From Thermoproteota archaeon (lineage in GTDB: Archaea > Korarchaeota > Korarchaeia > Korarchaeales > Korarchaeaceae), in contig WALU01000026.1 of NCBI GenBank assembly GCA_015522685.1, forward strand, positions 1 to 44,525: a stretch of 44,525 nucleotides of DNA. Reading direction: 5' to 3'. The position numbers and the translations under genes were made by a program. Numbering within the stretch: position 1 is the first letter of the stretch; every line of letters starts with the position of its first letter. Below are positions 39,939 through 44,525 of this stretch, piece by piece. The notes beneath the pieces were generated by a model, which had not been told where the DNA came from, made no database searches, and worked only from the letters and a program-made list of their open reading frames with translations.

Positions 39939-40547
39939 ATGAAATCATATAATGATCTTAAGGTCTGGCTTCTGGTGGTAATCCTAGTGAGCTTGCTGTT
40001 CGCATTATCTTACCTGTATATGTCTAGGAGGGAAGTAGGTAAGGAGGAGAAAGTGACTATTCACCCTACAAAAGGAGCGAGCCTTAAGATAATTATAAAT
40101 GTAAGAGATGCAATGGGTCACTACTTGCAGGTGAGGAAGTGGGACGGAAAGGACTTTAAGCGAATATTAGGGAATGAGGAGTCCTTTAAGAAGGAGATTG
40201 TGGAGAAATTCAAGAAAATACATGGATCTTATGGGATATCTATAGAGAACTGTACAGCATCAATAAATGAGGGAGAGATGATCTCAGTTCTAGAATGCGA
40301 CATAAAAGGCTTCATATGCAGAAGTGGAAATTCTTATACAGCAGAATTTGAATGGCTGCTGGGTCCTCTCGGCTTGGACTTTCTAGACAATAAATTCGGA
40401 GAGAGTAAGGACTCCCTCTACTGGAATGGAACGATAAATGGGACAGCAGTGAGCATTTTAGTGAAGCTTCCGCCGATGAATAAGCCTTACGCTGCTTGGG
40501 GCCAGCCTAACGGTCACTGCCATGCCCATGTTTGGTGGAAGAGATAA
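39939..40547 (+). CDS. Membrane-anchored hypothetical protein with C-terminal HCHAH motif
   Basis: N-terminal TM helix, ending in AWGQPNGHCHAHVWWKR. Confidence 0.7.
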   Translation: MKSYNDLKVWLLVVILVSLLFALSYLYMSRREVGKEEKVTIHPTKGASLKIIINVRDAMGHYLQVRKWDGKDFKRILGNEESFKKEIVEKFKKIHGSYGISIENCTASINEGEMISVLECDIKGFICRSGNSYTAEFEWLLGPLGLDFLDNKFGESKDSLYWNGTINGTAVSILVKLPPMNKPYAAWGQPNGHCHAHVWWKR

Positions 40548-40565
40548 TTAGCTATTGGTTACTTA

Positions 40566-40596
40566 AGGGAACCATATTTTAAAAAAGCGGTTCCCT
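40566..40596. promoter_or_regulatory. 8-bp inverted repeat AGGGAACC-N15-GGTTCCCT around an AT-rich core upstream of the AAA+ gene
   Basis: agggaacc atattttaaaaaagc ggttccct, read directly. Confidence 0.5.
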
Positions 40597-40638
40597 ATGA
40601 TGGTATGATAAGGGCTTTTTCATGAAAAGAGGTAAGGA

Positions 40639-41709
40639 GTGATGCTTGGACAGCAGCAGAAGCTCAAGATCAAGCTGAACAAGCTGCTTGACGAGAAGCC
40701 AGATTACCTAGAGGCCCTCAAGCGCATTCTAGACTATCATGATACCTACTTCGAATGCGCCAAGTGTGGCTCTCAAGATCTTGAGCGCCTATCTAAGTTC
40801 CAGTGGAAATGCACCAAGTGTGGCTCAACAACTATTTATGTTGGCTTTCATGCCACAGATGTCGGGGTACCTAGCTGGCAGCTGCAGAAGTTGCTCCAGC
40901 TAGGCATCCTTGAAACAGTGTACAGGTCGTCAAGGAGCGGAGTCCACTATCTTTTAGCCCAGCCTTCACTAGTTAGAGAGATAGTGAAGAGAGAAGAAGA
41001 GCGAACAACCGAGGTTGATATTAGCAACATTGAAAGCGAAGGCGAAGAAGGGAAAACCTACATCCCTGAAGATATGTTCTCTGTAATAAAGGGCTACGAT
41101 GACATAAAGAAAGTAATACTCAAGTCAATAACTAGCGATAAGCCAGTTAGCATATTCTTAATAGGGCCTCCTGCATCCGCCAAGTCTTTGTTCCTTGAAG
41201 AGCTCAACCGCCTACCTAACAGCTACTACGTCCTTGCAGGAACATCAACTAAAGCTGGCCTCCGCGACTTGGTAGCCATAGAGAAACCCCGCTTCCTCCT
41301 CATCGATGAGCTTGATAAGATAAGATCAACAAGTGATCTATCAGTACTGCTAAACTGGATGGAGTCAGGCAAGCTAACCATAACCATGCACAAAAGGAGG
41401 GAGGTAATAAACTACAAGGGTTGGGTATTTGCTGCAGCCAACAGGGTGGGTAAGATACCTCCTGAACTCCTGTCACGATTCCTTAGATTCTACCTAAAAC
41501 CCTACACAGAACAGGAATTTAGAGGAGTTGCAGTAAGGGTCATGATCGAGAGGGAAAAGAAGCCAAAGGAGATTGCAGAGTACATAGCAGATGCCGTTCT
41601 TAAGCTAGGATCAAGGGACGTAAGGGATGCGATCAAGCTAGCTAGGTTGTGCGAGAGCAAGGAGGAAGTAGATCTGGTAGTTAAGACAATGAAGAAGTAC
41701 AAGAGATAA
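40639..41709 (+). CDS. MCM-like AAA+ ATPase with N-terminal Zn ribbon and wHTH-like region
   Basis: CAKC-x13-CTKC, GPPASAKS, TSTKAGL, LLIDELDK, WMESGKLTIT, AAANR and LLSRF motifs. Confidence 0.8.
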   Translation: MMLGQQQKLKIKLNKLLDEKPDYLEALKRILDYHDTYFECAKCGSQDLERLSKFQWKCTKCGSTTIYVGFHATDVGVPSWQLQKLLQLGILETVYRSSRSGVHYLLAQPSLVREIVKREEERTTEVDISNIESEGEEGKTYIPEDMFSVIKGYDDIKKVILKSITSDKPVSIFLIGPPASAKSLFLEELNRLPNSYYVLAGTSTKAGLRDLVAIEKPRFLLIDELDKIRSTSDLSVLLNWMESGKLTITMHKRREVINYKGWVFAAANRVGKIPPELLSRFLRFYLKPYTEQEFRGVAVRVMIEREKKPKEIAEYIADAVLKLGSRDVRDAIKLARLCESKEEVDLVVKTMKKYKR

Positions 41710-42091
41710 TCGCGCGCCCTCTCAAGGGCTTCAAGGTTGGTAGATTCTTGTGGAAGCTGGGTAATAGATCACCATCTCATGAGATGCGATGAGGGAATTA
41801 AATGACTCTATTCCCTCAGGAGAGAGAAAGGAGGATGTAAAATCCTTTCTGCAGCAGATTTAATGATGAAGCCTCTTACAATGTTGGAAGCTTGGCGCAG
41901 GACTCTCTACAGGCTAATGCCAGTATCTAATGAGTGGTTTAGAGATTATTCCCTCATGAGAGAACTGAAAAGGGACTATAGGGGTATATGGCCCGAAATA
42001 AAGGTAGATTTAGGCAAGAATAGGCCGAATAATGAGAAAGGATTTGAGAGCTTGCTAAGATGTTCTCTGAGGAGAATTGAAGCCTAATTCT

Positions 42092-42712
42092 CTAACTAAC
42101 GGAATATTTGCTCTTTATTAGCAAATTGATCCTTTCTTCTATCTTCTTTCGTCCTTTCACACGCCTCTCCTTCATGATCTCGATGTATTTCCTGACCTTA
42201 TTCATATCGATCATCTCAAGCAGTCTAGATGCGATCTCATCAGCTGCTGGATACCTGAGGTATATAAGATCTATCAGCGTTTTCTCAGGATCTGAAATCC
42301 TTATCCACTCTTCTAAATCCTCCAAATACTTGTACTCATATCCAAAGTACATCTTATCGGATATTTTTCTAAGTAGTACCTTGAAACCAGCCACTTCGCG
42401 AACCCCATGCTTAACGGTCCTCGAAACATTAGGGGAAAGAATTGTAACAGCTGTTACCTGATTCCATGCTCCATGAAGGAAAGCTGCTGATCCCAGTCCT
42501 ACATAAGCTCTAGGCAGTGCTTTAGCCACCATGTAAGGCGACTTTTTGAAGGAGTACACTCCCTTCAATAGCTCGATTATCTGGCCCTTCTTCCTCAAGT
42601 TATGAATGAGGACTTTAGCATAATTCCTTCCAACTGAAGCCTCGACTGACCTAAATGTGAAGAACGATGCCTCTTTCAGCTTCTGGACGAGCTCTGAGTG
42701 CTTAATGGGCAA
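42092..42712 (-). CDS. abiEi: AbiEi-like type IV TA antitoxin / transcriptional regulator
   Basis: N-terminal wHTH (FFTFRSV...LRKKGQIIELLKGVY), YVGLGSAAFLHG, YFGY and SDPEKTLIDLI. The TTG start at 42712 overlaps the toxin stop. Confidence 0.82.
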   Translation of the reverse strand: MPIKHSELVQKLKEASFFTFRSVEASVGRNYAKVLIHNLRKKGQIIELLKGVYSFKKSPYMVAKALPRAYVGLGSAAFLHGAWNQVTAVTILSPNVSRTVKHGVREVAGFKVLLRKISDKMYFGYEYKYLEDLEEWIRISDPEKTLIDLIYLRYPAADEIASRLLEMIDMNKVRKYIEIMKERRVKGRKKIEERINLLIKSKYSVS

Positions 42713-43334
42713 ATCTCTCGACCTTCCTAACAATGGTCTCAAAGCTGGGAGGTTTCCCCATCAGCACGATCTCCTTCAATATAGAATAGTCCTCTGGTGG
42801 GCTTTTCAGGGCGAGGAGAAGTTCCCTGATCAATTCCCTTATGGATAAATCCTCACACATGCCCAAGAGATAGTACACGTCATACAGATCCCTAGCCTTT
42901 CTTCTATTCATGTAAGCCTGTATCTTCTCCTTTAAGAGGGAGCAAGGTGTTAGGGTCTTTACAACAATACTGCTACCATCTACAAGCCAGAAATCCTCCT
43001 CAACCACCTCCCTCTCCTCGAACATGGGAGATGCCTCCAGCTCCACTTCTACTCCATTGCTGACCCTTAAGTAGAGAACCCTAGAGGGAGTAAGCTTCAC
43101 CCTAGTTACATTTAGAGAGGAGGAAAGTACTTCAGGAATTTCCTCAACGTCTTGGCAGTATATATCCACATCGTATGAGAATCTCTTCCCTCCATAAATC
43201 CGCCATATGGCTGTACCTCCATGTACTATGAAATCTATCTTTCTTGATAGTTCTAGCACGAGTATATCCTGCATTTCAGCTATTTTGAGCATAACACCTT
43301 TCAATACTTTTATTAGAGGTATTTTCCTATGCAC
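42702..43334 (-). CDS. abiEii: AbiEii-like nucleotidyltransferase toxin
   Basis: HGGTAIWRIYGGKRFSYDVDIY, EKIQA and RKARDLYDVY motifs. Confidence 0.88.
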   Translation of the reverse strand: MHRKIPLIKVLKGVMLKIAEMQDILVLELSRKIDFIVHGGTAIWRIYGGKRFSYDVDIYCQDVEEIPEVLSSSLNVTRVKLTPSRVLYLRVSNGVEVELEASPMFEEREVVEEDFWLVDGSSIVVKTLTPCSLLKEKIQAYMNRRKARDLYDVYYLLGMCEDLSIRELIRELLLALKSPPEDYSILKEIVLMGKPPSFETIVRKVERFAH

Positions 43335-43342
43335 ATGATTTA

Positions 43343-43378
43343 TTGGCTTGGGTTATATTAAACTATAACCTAAGTCAA
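43343..43378. promoter_or_regulatory. 15-bp imperfect inverted repeat (13/15, 6-bp spacer), probable AbiEi operator
   Basis: TTGGCTTGGGTTATA-ttaaac-TATAACCTAAGTCAA lies 8 bp upstream of the operon start. Confidence 0.65.
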
Positions 43379-43459
43379 CAATAATGTTCTAGGTATGAGC
43401 TGATTGGAATTTCGAGAGAAGAAATTAGTAGGGAGGTCAGAAGAGAATTGAGAATGGAG

Positions 43460-43763
43460 TCTCTCTTACTGTGTGTCAGATCTTTTATAGAAACATTCCC
43501 TTTAGCTTACCTTCTGCGTCTACAACAACTAAATGCTGATTCCATATTCACTTAGTATCTAACAGCCAGAGCTACGGTATCATCTTACTTAACTTTCACA
43601 ATGCTTGTCCTCATAATTTTAGATATTTTTGAATTCTCCTTGCCCTCACCAAAGGCATATGTTATGTCTCTTTCCAATCATCACACCGACGAGATTGCCT
43701 AGCTCATCAACGATTGGGAGAAATCTGATATAAGCCTTTCACTATTCTAACTGTAGCATTCAT
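43460..43763 (-). pseudogene. CBS-domain-pair protein pseudogene
   Basis: Fragments LPIVDELGNLVGV, ERDITYA, KISKIMRT..VK*DDTV and HLVVVDAEGKLKGMF/IKDL are broken by stops and frameshifts. Confidence 0.7.
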
Positions 43764-43784
43764 GGTTAAACTTTCAGTTGAACA

Positions 43785-43817
43785 TAGTTATACTTTAAGT
43801 TTAAATTAGTATAACTA
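43785..43817. promoter_or_regulatory. 10-bp perfect inverted repeat TAGTTATACT-N13-AGTATAACTA, probable VapB (AbrB) operator around the TATA-like box
   Basis: The arms are at 43785-43794 and 43808-43817, and the spacer contains TTTAAA. Confidence 0.7.
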
Positions 43818-43836
43818 CAAGGTGGCTAGGGATTGA

Positions 43837-44085
43837 GTGGCTATTAAACTGAAGGTCGGCCCGAAGGGGCAGGTGATAATCCCTAAGGTATTGAGAGAGG
43901 CCTATGGGATCAAAGAAGGTGGTGAGATCGTGGTAATTCCTGAAAAGGATGGCCTGTTCATAAAGGGGAGGGAGGATCCCATCAAGGTTTATGAGGATAT
44001 ACTGAGGTGGAAGAGAAGTGTGAAGGGAAAGCCAGCCAATCTTGGAGAGCTAAGGTCAGTTGAGCTGGAGGAGGAGTTCGATTGA
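43837..44085 (+). CDS. vapB: AbrB/MazE-type antitoxin
   Basis: KVGPKGQVIIPKVLREAYGIKEGG and an acidic tail. It overlaps vapC by 4 bp. Confidence 0.9.
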   Translation: MAIKLKVGPKGQVIIPKVLREAYGIKEGGEIVVIPEKDGLFIKGREDPIKVYEDILRWKRSVKGKPANLGELRSVELEEEFD

Positions 44086-44480
44086 GGGTGTTCATAGATG
44101 CGAGCCTCCTCATCTATATGATAGCGCCTGGACTCGAGGAGGTAGTTGATTTCTACAGAAAGCTCCTTGAAGAACACAAGCTTTTCACTGACCCTCTTGT
44201 ACTGGATGAAACCATATATGTATCAAAGAGAAAATATAGCATCTCGTATAAGAGCTCCATAGAATTCATCGACAGGTTTGTCCTGCCAAATGTTACCGTT
44301 CTTCCAGTAGGACCAATGGAATATGCTAGAGGGAGAAAAATCATTTTGGAGGAAGGCATCCCTCCATCAGATGCCTTGCATTATGGAGTTATGGTGAACA
44401 ATGGTATTTCCGCAATTGCCACAGAAGATGAGGACTTCGAGAGACTTCCCGTCAAAGTAGTATGGTTAGATTACTCTTAG
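44082..44480 (+). CDS. vapC: VapC PIN-domain toxin
   Basis: FIDASLLIY, VLDETIY, SDALHY and ATEDEDFER motifs. Confidence 0.92.
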   Translation: MRVFIDASLLIYMIAPGLEEVVDFYRKLLEEHKLFTDPLVLDETIYVSKRKYSISYKSSIEFIDRFVLPNVTVLPVGPMEYARGRKIILEEGIPPSDALHYGVMVNNGISAIATEDEDFERLPVKVVWLDYS

Positions 44481-44525
44481 TTATTACTATAAAGGCTCTA
44501 CTGCTTCTTGGAAGAATCCTAAAGG

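Noticed and set aside
41863-42087. 74-aa ORF as a defined gene
   Set aside because: No motif recognised. It may be a fragment, so it is left uncalled.
671-44359. Many short ORFs antisense to or nested in long genes (e.g. 889-1173, 2369-2710, 3038-3535, 27305-27694, 29946-30410, 42108-42461)
   Set aside because: They shadow well-supported genes, have Ser/Ile/Pro-rich antisense-type composition and show no motifs.

Overview
This is an archaeal chromosomal window. The gene set (tungsten AOR plus its maturase, Lrp regulators, NurA/HerA, VapBC) and the AT-rich TATA-like promoters suggest an anaerobic thermophile; the lineage cannot be fixed from the sequence. Most of 8.7-32 kb is metabolic, transport and envelope genes: APC permease, Lrp pair, two-subunit lipoate ligase, B3/4 editing domain, FG-GAP surface protein, flippase, class II HMG-CoA reductase and OSBS/NAAAR. 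The most unusual locus is 2-8.3 kb. A nurA-herA pair with no mre11/rad50 nearby lies divergent from a CARF-like/wHTH regulator, across a spacer containing palindromes. The HerA has a 363-aa intein in its Walker A motif and lacks the usual REGRK arginine-finger motif. It is followed on the same strand by a full-length LeuA/CimA homologue with substituted catalytic and metal-binding residues but an intact allosteric domain. The right third (33-44.5 kb) looks like a defence/mobile island: a Panacea-like protein, an orphan MTase with a second degenerate MTase-like domain plus Zn ribbon and HTH, two vapBC pairs, an AbiE pair in reversed order and a minimal MCM-like ATPase. Several decayed pseudogenes fill intergenic gaps. 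I saw no rRNA, tRNA, CRISPR array or intact transposase. All family calls come from reading motifs by eye; no database searches were run.
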